A stretch of 32,000 nucleotides of DNA from Phycisphaera mikurensis NBRC 102666 (GTDB lineage Bacteria; Planctomycetota; Phycisphaerae; Phycisphaerales; Phycisphaeraceae), in NCBI RefSeq assembly GCF_000284115.1, contig NC_017080.1:570001-602000 (forward strand), written 5' to 3'. Both the position numbers and the translations under genes were made by a program. The notes under the pieces were generated by a model, which saw nothing but the letters and a program-made list of their open reading frames with translations, was not told the origin of the DNA and did no database searches. Positions 1 to 11,000 of this stretch are shown in pieces (the stretch's first letter is position 1; each line of letters begins with the position of its first letter).

Positions 1-475
1 GCACGTAGCGTGTCTTCGCGTGGTCGCCCTTGCCGGTGAGCGTGACGCGCTCGCTCTCCCAGCGTGAGGAGAAGTCCAGCCCCTTGGGCTCGGTTGCGTT
101 GGCGTAGCCGCCGCCGTCCTCCTGAAGCGTCGTGAAGACGTTCAGCGGGCCGTCGGCCTTGCTGCTGAAGGTGAGCGTGTAGCGGACGCCGTCCTCGACG
201 GGGCTGCCGGCGTAGTTCATCAGCTGCACGTGCCAGGCCTTGTCCGTGACCTTCGTCACATCGATCACCAGCGCCGGCTTGCCGTCGGGCCCCCCCTCGG
301 GGTCGAGCCTGAGCGTCGCCTCGGCGCCGGCTTGGGTCTCCAGGCCCCAGCCGGCGGTGCCGGCCTCCAGCGAGGCGTTGGCGAGCGACGCCGCGGCGGC
401 GGGGCGGGCCGCCGGGGCGAGCGAGCAGGCGGCAAGGACGAGCAGCGGGAGGATCCGGCGGGAGAGCAGCACCAT
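1..475 (-). CDS. Partial secreted or lipoprotein with carbohydrate-binding-module-like region (C-terminus beyond window start)
   Basis: Reverse strand from CAT at 473-475 reads MVLLSRRILPLLVLAACSLAPAARPAAAASLANASLEAGTAGWGLETQAG...AWHVQLMNYAGSPVEDGVRYTLTFSSKADGP; signal peptide plus CBM4/9-like pattern. Confidence 0.7.
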   Translation of the reverse strand, partial: MVLLSRRILPLLVLAACSLAPAARPAAAASLANASLEAGTAGWGLETQAGAEATLRLDPEGGPDGKPALVIDVTKVTDKAWHVQLMNYAGSPVEDGVRYTLTFSSKADGPLNVFTTLQEDGGGYANATEPKGLDFSSRWESERVTLTGKGDHAKTRYV

Positions 476-648
476 GAGGGAGAACCGATCGGGGGCGGGG
501 AAGCGGGCGCCCGGAGAGGAAGCCGTTCCAAGGTAAAGCCGGGGGAAGCGGCGTTCTCTGCGCTTCGGCGCGTGGGGTTCTTCGTCCCGCGCACCACGCC
601 CGCCCGTCGCCGCCACGCCGGCCGCCCGGCGGTAGCGTCGGGCGGCGT

Positions 649-1962
649 ATGCCGCCGCTGAACGTCCTCTACCTGCACTCCCACGACACCGGCCGCTTCG
701 TGCGGCCGCACGGCCACGCGGTGCCCACGCCCAACCTGCAGGCCTTCGCCGAGCGGGGCGTGCTGTTCCGCCAGGCCTTCTCCGCCGGCCCGACGTGCTC
801 GCCCAGCCGGGCGACGCTCTTCACGGGCCGGCCGCCGCACGCGGTGGGCATGTACGGGCTCGCCCACGAGGGCTGGTCGCTGGAGCCCGGGTGCGAGACC
901 CTCGTCACCACGCTCGGCCGCGCCGGCTACCGGACGGTGCTCGGCGGGTTCCAGCACCTCACCGCCTGGGCCGACGACGACTGGCGGACGCTCGGCTACG
1001 CCGCCGCCAGCCCCGCCCGCAACGGCACGGCCGCGGAGCGGACCGCGGCCGCGTGCGCCTTCCTGCGGGGCCCGCACGACCGCCCGTTCTTCCTGGACCT
1101 CGGCTTCATCGAGACCCACCGCCGGGGCGACGCGGACCGCGACGGCGAGCCGATCCAGTGGCACAACGGCCGGTCCGAACCACTCGGCGATCCGCGGTAC
1201 GTCCGCGTGCCCGCGACGCTCCCGGACACGCCTGCGACCCGCACCGACTTCGCCGACTTCCTCGCCTCCGCAGAGCGCCTGGACCGCTGCTGCGGCGAGG
1301 TGCTCGCAGCGCTCGACGCGGCCGGCCTCCGCGAAGACACGATCGTCCTGATCACCACCGACCACGGCATCGCCTTCCCCGGGATGAAGTGCAACCTCAC
1401 CGATCACGGCACCGGCGTGCTGATGATGCTCGCCGGGCCGGAGCGGCTCGGGCTCGCCGGCGGCCGCGTGATCGACGCGATGGTGACGCACGCCGACGTC
1501 TTCCCCTCGCTCTGCGGGTGGCTGGGCCTGCCCGAGCCTCCGGGCCTGACCGGCCGCTCGCTCGCGCCGCTGCTCGACGGGCGGCTGGATCCCGCGCAGC
1601 CCGACGCGCTCCACGACGCCGTCTTCACGCAGGTCAACCACCACCTCCGCCGCGAGGTGGAGCGTGCGATCCGCACCCCGCGCTTCAAGTACATCCGCCG
1701 GTACCAGGACGACCCGATCACGGCCCACAGCACCGACGCCTCGGTGTCGGAGCGGGTGATGCGTGAAGCCGGCTGGGGCGAGCAGCCGCTGCCCGCGGAG
1801 CGGCTGCACGACCTCTGGCTCGACCCGCAGGAGTCCTGCGACCTCGCCGCAGGAGCCGAGCACGCCGGCACGGTCGCCGCCCTGCGCGGAAGCCTCGAGG
1901 CGTGGATGCGACGCCACGGCGACCCGGCGCTGCGCCACGCGGTGCCCGAGCCCGCCCGCTGA
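649..1962 (+). CDS. Sulfatase (S1 arylsulfatase/N-sulfoglucosamine sulfohydrolase-like)
   Basis: NVLYLHSHDTG start, CSPSRATLFTGRPPH matches the formylglycine C-x-P-S-R motif, TTDHGIAFPGMKCNLTDHG. Confidence 0.93.
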   Translation: MPPLNVLYLHSHDTGRFVRPHGHAVPTPNLQAFAERGVLFRQAFSAGPTCSPSRATLFTGRPPHAVGMYGLAHEGWSLEPGCETLVTTLGRAGYRTVLGGFQHLTAWADDDWRTLGYAAASPARNGTAAERTAAACAFLRGPHDRPFFLDLGFIETHRRGDADRDGEPIQWHNGRSEPLGDPRYVRVPATLPDTPATRTDFADFLASAERLDRCCGEVLAALDAAGLREDTIVLITTDHGIAFPGMKCNLTDHGTGVLMMLAGPERLGLAGGRVIDAMVTHADVFPSLCGWLGLPEPPGLTGRSLAPLLDGRLDPAQPDALHDAVFTQVNHHLRREVERAIRTPRFKYIRRYQDDPITAHSTDASVSERVMREAGWGEQPLPAERLHDLWLDPQESCDLAAGAEHAGTVAALRGSLEAWMRRHGDPALRHAVPEPAR

Positions 1963-1970
1963 GCGGGCTC
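1948..1970 (+). terminator. Possible hairpin overlapping the sulfatase stop codon
   Basis: GAGCCCGC (1948-1955) / GCGGGCTC (1963-1970), perfect 8-bp stem, 7-nt loop, no T tract. Confidence 0.3.
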
Positions 1971-1994
1971 CGCCACGCCCGCACCCGCTCCGAC

Positions 1995-2040
1995 CCGCGG
2001 ACCGCCGGCGCCGTGGACGCGCAGACGCGGCGGTCCGCGG
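1995..2040. repeat. 46-bp palindromic element, copy 1
   Basis: CCGCGGACCG - 26 nt - CGGTCCGCGG (here the stem extends to 12 bp); intergenic. Confidence 0.75.
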
Positions 2041-2178
2041 CGCCGGCTCGTAGGCATCCGAAGAACTCCTTGGGGGTGGCACCCGGTCGCCGGCCGGTTC
2101 CGGAAGACGTGCCGAAGGTTGAGCGTGGCACCCCGACCCGAGCGGGCTCGAACGCCCGGGCTCATCCGGTGCCGCGTG

Positions 2179-3096
2179 TCACTCCACGTTTTGAACCTGC
2201 TCCTTGAGCCGGTCGATCAGCGTCTTGAGATTCACGACCCGACGCGAGATCTCGGCGTCGGCGCTCTTGGCTCCCAGCGTGTTGACCTCGCGGAGCATCT
2301 CCTGGGCGAGGAAGTCCAGCGTGCGGCCGGCGGGCTCGCCGGTGTCGCGGGCGACCACCTCGGCGAACTGGTCGAGGTGGCCGCGCAGGCGGGCGAGCTC
2401 TTCGCTGACGTCGCAGCGGTCGGCGAAGAGCGCGACCTCGCGGGCGAGGTCGGCGGGCTCCAGGCGAGGAGCCCCGGCGGCGGGCAGGTCGACGCGGGCG
2501 AGCAGCTCGGCCACGCGCGCGGTGAGCCGGTCGTGGTGGCGGTGGACGGTGGAGGCGGCGGCGGCCGCCGCCGCCTCCACCTCGGCGGCCATCAGCTCGC
2601 GGTGCCGGGCGAGGTCGGCGGCAACGGTCTGGCCCTCCTCGGCCCGCATCGCGTTGAGGCGGTCGGCGGCCTCGTCCAGCAGCCCCAGCAGCACGGGCCG
2701 GGCGAGGTCCAGGGCGTCCCGGCCGCCGGCCGCCTCCTCCACCACGCCGGGCAGCGCCAGCAGGGCGGCGAGGTCGACGCGGGTCTCCTCGGCCCGCTCG
2801 CCCAGGTGCGACCGCAGCACGTCGAGCTGGCCGAGGTAGCCGCGGATCGCGGGCTCGTTGAGGCGGTGCGGGGCGTGGGTCCCGGTCTCGGTGATCCGCA
2901 CGGCGAGCGCGAAGGAGCCGCGGGCGAACCGTTTCCGCAGGGCCGCCTCGAGCTCGGCGTCCAGGCCGGCGAGCTGGTCGGGCAGCCGCGCGTGGCACTT
3001 GAAGAAGCGGTGGTTGAGGCTCCGCAGCTCGACGGCGTGATGGACGCCGCCGGCTTCGGTGGAGGCCTGGCCGAAGCCGGTCATCGAGAGGATCAT
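2179..3096 (-). CDS. yicC: YicC/YloC family endoribonuclease
   Basis: MILSMTGFGQAS...VELRSLNHRFFKCHARLP... and C-terminal RRVVNLKTLIDRLKEQVQNVE. Confidence 0.93.
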   Translation of the reverse strand: MILSMTGFGQASTEAGGVHHAVELRSLNHRFFKCHARLPDQLAGLDAELEAALRKRFARGSFALAVRITETGTHAPHRLNEPAIRGYLGQLDVLRSHLGERAEETRVDLAALLALPGVVEEAAGGRDALDLARPVLLGLLDEAADRLNAMRAEEGQTVAADLARHRELMAAEVEAAAAAAASTVHRHHDRLTARVAELLARVDLPAAGAPRLEPADLAREVALFADRCDVSEELARLRGHLDQFAEVVARDTGEPAGRTLDFLAQEMLREVNTLGAKSADAEISRRVVNLKTLIDRLKEQVQNVE

Positions 3097-3166
3097 GGAG
3101 CGGCTCGGCGGTGCGGAGGGGGTGCACCCGGAAGCGTTGGGGGCGCGATCCCGCCGACGCGCCGGA

Positions 3167-3745
3167 TCAGTCGGCCGCCGGCGCGGGGGTGCCGGGCCCC
3201 GGCTGCGGGTCCGCCGGCTCGCCGGCCACCGCGTCGAGCACGTCGTCGACGAGGTCGTGGGCGGTCATGTCGGCGGCGACGGGCTCGCGGTTGGCGTTGT
3301 TGGCGGTGGCCGAGTCGGGGTCGTCGCCGGTGGTGGGCGTGATGGGCGTCGCGCCGTCGGCTCCGTCCGCGGTGGCGGTCTCGGCGGCGTCGCCGGCGGG
3401 CGCGGCTTCCGCTTCCGCCGCAGCGGCGTCGTCCATCGGGATCTCGAAGACCGGCACCGCCGCCTCGGCCTCGGGCGTGGTGGTCCAGGTGAGGCCCATC
3501 GCCAGCAGCACGAAGACGACGAAGCACGAGGCGGTCACGATGGTGAGGAAGTCGCCGACCTTCGCTCCCACAAACGCCCCCTCGTTGCCGCCGGCGCCGC
3601 CGAAGGCGCCCGAGAGCCCGCCGCCCTTGGGCTTCTGCACGAGGATGATGAGCATCATCAACACCGAGACGAGCGCGAAGAGGGCGGCCAGGACGGTGAC
3701 GAGCACCGGGACGGCGAGGGTGAGCGGGAGGAGCGTGGCGGGCAT
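3167..3745 (-). CDS. secG: Preprotein translocase subunit SecG with long acidic/Pro-rich C-terminal extension
   Basis: Two hydrophobic segments around MMLIILVQKPKGGGLSGAFGG...GAKVGDFLTIVTASCF. Confidence 0.9.
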   Translation of the reverse strand: MPATLLPLTLAVPVLVTVLAALFALVSVLMMLIILVQKPKGGGLSGAFGGAGGNEGAFVGAKVGDFLTIVTASCFVVFVLLAMGLTWTTTPEAEAAVPVFEIPMDDAAAAEAEAAPAGDAAETATADGADGATPITPTTGDDPDSATANNANREPVAADMTAHDLVDDVLDAVAGEPADPQPGPGTPAPAAD

Positions 3746-3787
3746 GGCGGAGGGGCCGGCGGGGGCCGGGGGGCGGGGGCGGCCGGC

Positions 3788-4567
3788 TCAGGCCGCGGCG
3801 GAGACGATCGCGAGGAAGTCGGTGCTCTGGAGGGCGGCGCCGCCGATGAGGCCGCCGTCGACGTCGGCGCCGGCGAGCAGGTCCCCCGCGTTGCCGGGCT
3901 TCATCGACCCGCCGTACTGGATGCGCACGCCCGCGGCGGCGTCGGCGCCGTAGAGCGAGACGAGGGCCCGGCGGATCGCCGCGTGGGCGGCCTGGGCGTC
4001 TTCGGGGCTGGCGGTGCGGCCGGTGCCGATCGCCCAGACCGGCTCGTAAGCGACCGTGACGCGGGCGAGGCGCTCGGCGGGCACGCCGGCCAGCCCCAGC
4101 GCGAGCTGGCCGGCGTTGACGGCGTCGGTGCGGCCGTTCTCCCGCTGCTCGAGCTTCTCGCCGATCGCGAGCGTGACGTCGAGGCCGGCCTCCAGCGCCG
4201 CGAGCACCTTCTCGTTCACGAGGGCGTCGCTCTCGCCGAGGACGTGGCGGCGCTCGGAGTGGCCCACGAGCACGGAGGCGACGCCGAGGTCGCTCAGCAT
4301 CGACAGCGAGGTCTCGCCGGTGAAGGCCCCGTCGGGCTGGAAGTAGGCGTTCTGCGCGCCCACGGCGATCGGGGAACCCTTCAGCGTGTCCGCGACCGCC
4401 GCGAGGTGCGGCATCGCCGGGAACACCGTGACGTCGACCCGGTCCTGCGTCGCCCCGGCCACGCCGTCCCGCAGCGCCGCCGCGAGCGAGCGGGCGGCGT
4501 CGAGCGTCAGATTCATCTTCCAGTTGCCGCCGATGTGGGGGCGGCGGGTGGGGGTCGGCGTGGGCAA
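3788..4567 (-). CDS. tpiA: Triosephosphate isomerase (likely TTG start at 4565-4567)
   Basis: IGGNWKMN, VLVGHSERR, VTVAYEPVWAIGTGRTA, IQYGGSMKPGN. The ORF is open to 4726 but homology begins around 4540; nearest in-frame start is TTG. Confidence 0.94.
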   Translation of the reverse strand: MPTPTPTRRPHIGGNWKMNLTLDAARSLAAALRDGVAGATQDRVDVTVFPAMPHLAAVADTLKGSPIAVGAQNAYFQPDGAFTGETSLSMLSDLGVASVLVGHSERRHVLGESDALVNEKVLAALEAGLDVTLAIGEKLEQRENGRTDAVNAGQLALGLAGVPAERLARVTVAYEPVWAIGTGRTASPEDAQAAHAAIRRALVSLYGADAAAGVRIQYGGSMKPGNAGDLLAGADVDGGLIGGAALQSTDFLAIVSAAA

Positions 4568-4629
4568 GCGGGGCTTCCGGGGGTTCAGGGGCGAAACAGC
4601 GGGCGGGGATGATAAAGGTTCCACCCGAG

Positions 4630-4675
4630 CCGCGGACCGCGACACTTCTCGCGCCGTGCGAGCCGCGGTCCGCGG
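4630..4675. repeat. 46-bp palindromic element, copy 2
   Basis: CCGCGGACCG (4630-4639), 26 nt, CGGTCCGCGG (4666-4675); outer CCACCCG...CGGGTGG lengthens the stem with a bulge. Confidence 0.75.
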
Positions 4676-4847
4676 GTGGCTGTCGATCGAGAGGACCGGC
4701 CGGTGGCGGAAGCCCGGTTCGGCCACGCGAGAGCATCGCGCACGACCATGGAGCCGTCACCGCCTCGCAGGAAGCCGGGCGGGTCCACGCCGAGCAAGGA
4801 GGCTCGCCGTGGCGTATTCGATCGTTCCGCCGGGTTTCGCGGGGTTC

Positions 4848-4875
4848 GCCGGGGCCTGGCCAACGCGGTTCGGGG
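4848..4875 (+). repeat. Dispersed REP-like sequence CGCCGGGGCCTGGCCAACGCGGTTCGGGG
   Basis: One mismatch from the sequence at about 16681 and 18799 (GCCGGGGCCTGGCCACCGCGGTTCGGGG). Confidence 0.6.
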
Positions 4876-5016
4876 CTCCCACGCCGGGAGCCTCACGATC
4901 CGCGGCGAACCCGGGTCTCGCGTACGCCTCGGAAGATCCTTAGGCTGCTGTAGCTGCTGCACCCGCCGCACACCGGCCTCCCCCACCGCACTTCCGGGAA
5001 TCCTGATGCCTCTCTG

Positions 5017-8000
5017 GTGGAACCTCCTGAACCGTCAGGCGAGCCTCGCCCTGCGCCGCGTGCGCAGCTCGGCCCGCCGCCCGCCGCCCGCCGCCCGGCC
5101 GACCTCGAGCCGCTCGAGCAGCGGATCCTGCTGTCCGGCACGTTGGTGTCCTCGCTGAAGGGCCACTGGCGGCTCGATGAAATCGCCGGCTCCACCGCGT
5201 CCAGCGGCGTGGCCGCCGTTCACGCGACTCTCCTCGCGGACGCCGCGTTCGCGCCCGCCGGGGGCCGCCTCGGCGGCGCCCTCTCCCTCTCCGGCTCCGG
5301 GAGCGCCGCCGTCGTCGGCAACGTGCACGACCCCGGCTCCGGCAGCCAGACCGCCAGCATCTGGTTCAGGCGGCCCGGCGGCGGCGCGATCGGCAACGAC
5401 CAGTTCCTCTTTTCCAAGGGCAATCGCTACTCGACCCGCGAGGGCTGGTCGCTGAACCTCGAATCCTCCACGCAGGAGATCCGCTTCCGCGTCAACGGCA
5501 GCGACAGCTCCGCCCAGCGAGCCAGCGTCGAGGCCGACCTGCCGCAGGACGACCGCTGGCACCACCTCGCGGCGGTCATCGATCGCGACGCCGGGACCCT
5601 CCGCGCCTACCTCGACGGCGACGGCTCCGTCTGGCGCACCGGCGGCGGCGGGCCGACCACCCGGAGCCTCGCGTCGGTCACCCACATCGACACCGACGAC
5701 CCGCTGACGCTCGGCGCCGTCCACGACGGCCACCTGCTCCGCGGCAACTTCACCGGCCTGCTCGACGACGCGAGGATCTACGACCGCGGCCTCGGCGAGC
5801 TGGAGATCCAGGCCCTCGCCTCCGGCGCCACCCGCTTCGAGCCTGAGGTTACCGCCACCGGCTCCTCGTCCACCCTCACCGCCGGCGCACCCTCCACGCT
5901 CGGACTCCACGCCGAGCACGCCCGCCCCGACCGCTGGGCCATCGACTGGGGCGACGGCACCAGCGAGGAGCTCGCCGGCGCCGCGGCCTCCCGCGTCCAC
6001 ACCTTCGCTGGCTCCGGCTCCCCGCAGCAGATCGCTGTCACCGCCTTCTACGGAACCGAGGCCTTCCAGGCCCCGATCCGCGACGGCGGCGCCGAGGCCG
6101 ACTTCGCGCTCGGCGGCCGGGCCGTTCTCGACACGGGCAGCCGGAGCTGGATCCGCGACGGCGCCGTGCAGCGCGACGGCAAGCTGGTCGTCGCCGGCGG
6201 CCCGAACTTCACCGTCGCCCGCTTCCTCGCCGACGGCACGCCCGACGCCTCCTTCGGACCGCACGGCACCGGGGTCGTGGAAATCCCCACCGCCGGAGAG
6301 GGCCAAGCGGTCGCCCTCCAGCGCGACGGCAAGATCGTCGTCGCCGGAGGCTCCTGGTTCTCGCTGGCCCGGCTGAACCTCGACGGCTCGCCGGACACGG
6401 GCTTCGGTTCCGCGGGCACCGGCGTCGTCGACGACACCTTCGGCTCGACCTTCGAGGCCAACGACCTTCTGATCCAGGACGACGGCCGCATCGTGCTCGC
6501 CGGCGACGGCGCCGGCGACTTCATCCTCGCCCGCTTCGACCCCGACGGCCGCCGCGACCACTCCTTCGGCGGACCCGGAGCCAACGGCCGCGTGCAGACC
6601 GACCTCTACGGCGCCCGCGACTCCGCCAACGCGATCGCCGCCGGCCGGGACGGACGGCTCTACGTCACCGGTCGCACCACCAGCGCCGGCAGCAGCGACT
6701 ACGACGTGGCGCTCGCCGCTTACTCCGCCGACGGCGGCCTGGACCGGAGCTTCGGCAGCAACGGCCGCGCCCGCGCCGACTTCGGCGACGACGACGAGGC
6801 CGCCTTCGGCATCGACGTGCAGCCCGACGGCCGCGTCGTCGTCGCCGGCCGCTCCCGCGTCTCCGACGCCAACAGCTACGACTTCGCCACCGCCCGCTTC
6901 ACCGCCGGCGGCTTCCTCGACGCCTCCTTCGGCGGCGACGGCACGGTCACCACGCACTTGGGCCGCGGGTACGACGCCGCGTACGGCGTCGTCGTGCTCA
7001 ACACCGGTCAGCTGCTCATCGGCGGCCGCACCTCCGGCCTCGGCACCACCAACGGCTACGACTACGGCGTGGTCCGCCTCGATGCCGACGGCTCGCGAGA
7101 TCTGACCTTCGGTGAGGGCGGCGTCTCCGCGATCGACTTCGAGGGCGAGCGGGACGACGCCGAGGCTCTGGTCGTCGGCAACGACGGGCGGATCTTCCTG
7201 ATCGGGCGAGCCGACGGCAAGATCGGCGTCGCCGCGACGACCGGCTTCGCGGCGCCGGATTCCGGCGGCAGCTTCGGCGCCGGGTGGCGGCTGGCCACGA
7301 TGAAGCCGCACCACGTCTACGGCCCCACCGGCTACGTCGGTGGCGCGCACTACGAGCACCTCCCCATCGTGGCCGAAGACGGCGTCGGTGTGGCCCGGGT
7401 GCTCGCCGGCCAGTCCTTCGTGCTGCCCGGCGACGAGAGCTCGGCGCTGGCCACCACCGGATCGCTGGATTTCACGGCGCAGGCCGGAGCCGCCGCCGCC
7501 TCGGCGGGGCTGATCCTGGCCGGCTTCGCGGAACTGGAAGGATTCGGCGACACACCGAAGCGCAGGCTGAACCTCCGCTGGACGCCCGGCGGCGGCCTCC
7601 TGCTCGAGCAAGGCGGCACGGAGGTGTTCCGGCTGGCCGGTCCATGGGCCGACGGCAACCTCCACCGCTTCACGCTCGCGTGGGAGGGCGATCGCGTCAC
7701 GTTCTTCGCCGACGGAGCCGTCGCCGCGTCCGGCACGCTGGTGGCCGCCACGGACTGGGCATCGTGTTCGCCGATGTTCGGGGACGAGAAGACGGACCAG
7801 CGGGGCACCGCCGCTGCCCAGGTGATCCGCGACGTGACCGTTGGCGAGGGATCTTTCTCGGTGGCGGACGCCGCGGCGGCGGTCGCTGCCGCATCGACCC
7901 CGCTGGCCACGGCTTCTCGAGAAGCCTTCATCGGGTACGAGGCGACCGACGGCAGCTTCTCGCAGAACTTCCTCGCCCAGCGCATCATCTCGCACGACGC

Positions 8001-11000
8001 GGGGGCGCTTGCCGACCCCGCCGAGATCGGCCGCGGCTGGATCCAGGACGGTTCCTTCACGCCGGACGTGCTCCTGCCCGGGCGACCCATCTACCAGACG
8101 CTGCTGTTCGGTGACCCCGGATCTTTTCAGAAAGTTTCGACGGTCTACACCACCGCGTCCGTCTCCGGCCGATCTGACGCCAACCAGATGGTCCGCGTGT
8201 CCAACGGGTGGATCACCGGAGAAGGATCGATGGCGCTGGATCTCACCTCGAAATCGCGGGAGATCCACTGGGGCCTGAACGTCTGGGACCACGATCGCTA
8301 CGTCCAGCACGGACGCTTCAGCCACTACGTGGCGGATGGTGGCGGCGCAGCGAGCACCAACGGCACCCACTCCGACCTCCACCTCGGCTGGACCGATGGC
8401 AAGCGTTTCATCACCTCCGTTCTGCAGGCACCCGCGCCGATCTTCCGCGGGCACGTGAGCATGACCCTCGGCGGTGACCACCGCTTGACCCGGATCGTCC
8501 ACTACCACGACCCCGCCGGATTCGTCGGCTCGGCCCCGATGACGCCGCTTGCCGCCGGTCTTCTGCGGGATCGCACCGGCGACAGCGTGCCGCTCTCGTT
8601 CATCGACGGCCCCGAAGCCGCGCCGGGTCAGACGGTCGGCTATGGCTCGGTGCGGTTGGCCGACGGCTCTTCGCTCGTCGGGATCGGCCTCGGCGCGTAC
8701 CACCACCCGCCGGCGCAGACGCTCGGTGCGTCGACGGCGTTGGGCTCGGGACACGCCCAGACCACCAGCGTCGCTTCGGTGCGTCCCACAGACGCCCGGC
8801 CGGTCTGGATGGGTGCCGCACAGGGCGGATCCACGGAGATCCTCCGTCTGACCTACGACCCGGACGATCTCAGCTCCGCCCGCACCCACCTGGGCACCGG
8901 CTGGATCGACGAGGCGTGGCTGAAGACCACCGACACGCTGAACACCCGCCACTTCATCTCCGCCAATCCCGCGAGCCGCTTCTACCTCGACCCCGACAGC
9001 GACGCCGACGGCGACGGCATCCGCCTTCTCGACGAGCGGCTTTGGTGGAACACCAACCCCGACAGCCTCGACACCGACGGCGACGGCCTGCACGACGACT
9101 ACGAGATCAGCTACCGCCCCGTCCTCGCCGGCCTCGGCGGCACGGTGAATCCTGGCGCTCCCGACGCCGCGAGCGCCTACGCCAGCCAGTCACCCCGGAC
9201 CCAGCTCCGCGAGCTGCAGGTCGGGCAGGGCGACCTCTTCAACCCGCTCGTAAAGGACGACCCCAAGGCCGACTTCGACCGCGACGGCCTGCCGAACTAC
9301 CTCGAATCCTCCTACGGCAGCCACCCCGGCCTCTCCGACACGGATGGCGATGGTGTCTCGGATCTCAAGGAGCACGAGCAGGGCTCCAGCCCGGTGGATC
9401 CCTCCGACCTGGGGCTCGCACCGCCGCTCGCCACAAAAGAGCGCGTGTCCGTCACGGTCGGCGACCCCAGCCCAAGCCACTCCGAGCAGTGGGCGCTGGA
9501 GTTCAACCGCACGACGCCGGGCGGCCCGGGTTCCACCGAGCGGGTCCGCCTGATGGCGCCCGACCACGGCCTGGTCATCACCGAGGACTTCTGGTTCGAC
9601 GTGGGTGCCGACTACACGGGCGTGATCCAGCACGTGGGGTCGAACACCGACCCGCCGGACTACGACTGGACGGCCGACGTCAAGCTGGCGACCGAGCTTC
9701 CGCCGGAGCAGGCGGACCGCCCCCGAGCGGCGTTGACGGTGACCGAGGTCAACAACAAGGATGAGCCGGTGCTGCCCGGAGGCAGCGACTTCAACATCGA
9801 CGAAGGGAAGATCATCGTGCGGCTTCGGCCATCTGTGGAGATTGATCTGGACGTAGATTCCGACAACACGGCCGGCCTGTACGGCGGCCCGGACGGGACC
9901 GACGAGGAGGATGAGCACGAAGACGCTTATGGAGATCCCGAGCACCCGGGAAAGATCCTGCTCGCCAACACGCTCGATCACGACCGCGACCTGATCCCCG
10001 ACTACGCCGACGGCTTCGGGCTCGACGTCGGCATGCCCACCGCAGACCGATCCACAGGCGCCCGCTTCACGCCGCTGAATCTGGAGGTCACCGGCGTCCT
10101 GGAGCTTGTGCCGGAGGCCGTGCTTCGCATCGACTACGCGGCGTCGGTTCCTTTGGAGATCCAGGCCACCCCGTCGGACCTCTTCGCCTTGCCCCAGACC
10201 GGCAACCTCCGGCTCTGGAACCTCGACGCCAGCACGGCACGCAACGGCGAGTCGTTGCTTAACGGGGGGAACTTCGTTGCCCCCGGCGTCTACAGCTTCG
10301 CTGAGCTTGGGCTTAGGCGAGGGGCCTCCAGCGGGCAGTTGTGGCTCGAAGCGGTGGGAGCGAGCGACGTGATTGGCGGCGACCGCATCACCGCATCCGT
10401 CGGGACGCTTCAGGAGGACGACGTCGCGGGTGAAACCTTCTTAACGCTCTTCAGCGACACGGTCGGCTTCACCGCGGTGGAGGTGCAGCTCGAGCAGCGC
10501 AACACCGCGGGCGGCGGCTGGGTAGACGCGAACGGATTCCTGGCCGCCGACCTTCGGCCATTTCCTGACGGCAGCGTTCCGGACCACTTCGTGTACCGCT
10601 TCGCCGTGGAGGACCCACGCTTTGAGGCAGAAACGATCACCCTCGGTAATCACGACCTCTCGCTGAGCGGCGGGTCGGTCCGCTACAGCGAAGAGTTCGG
10701 GGTGGCCCGACCAGGTCAGGCCGGGATGGCAGATTCGAGCTATCTGATCCTCTCGGCGGGCGAAGTCGACTTCTCCTACAACCCGAACGGCAGCTACCCG
10801 GTGGAGTGGGTGGACGACGTGGCCGCCGCGGACCGCGAGGTCGCTGCCGAGGTCGATCGGGCCGTGACGGACATGCACGGGAGGTGGGCGGCTCCGGCTC
10901 CGGAGCCGGGCAACTCGCCGAACCCCGGTGCGTTCGGCAACGAGGTGCATCGCCGCGTCAGCGAGCGGCTGCAGGGGCGGCCGGGTTGGCTCGTGGACGT

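Noticed and set aside
2062-2140. Repeated GTGGCACCC words near 2068 and 2126
   Set aside because: Short and not clearly structured; could be chance or a decayed REP. Not enough to call a feature.
5035-9093. 1352-aa minus-strand ORF opposite the giant gene, plus many other long ORFs in alternative frames
   Set aside because: Arg/Gly/Val-rich shadow ORF typical of very GC-rich DNA; the plus-strand protein has recognisable domain repeats in this interval.
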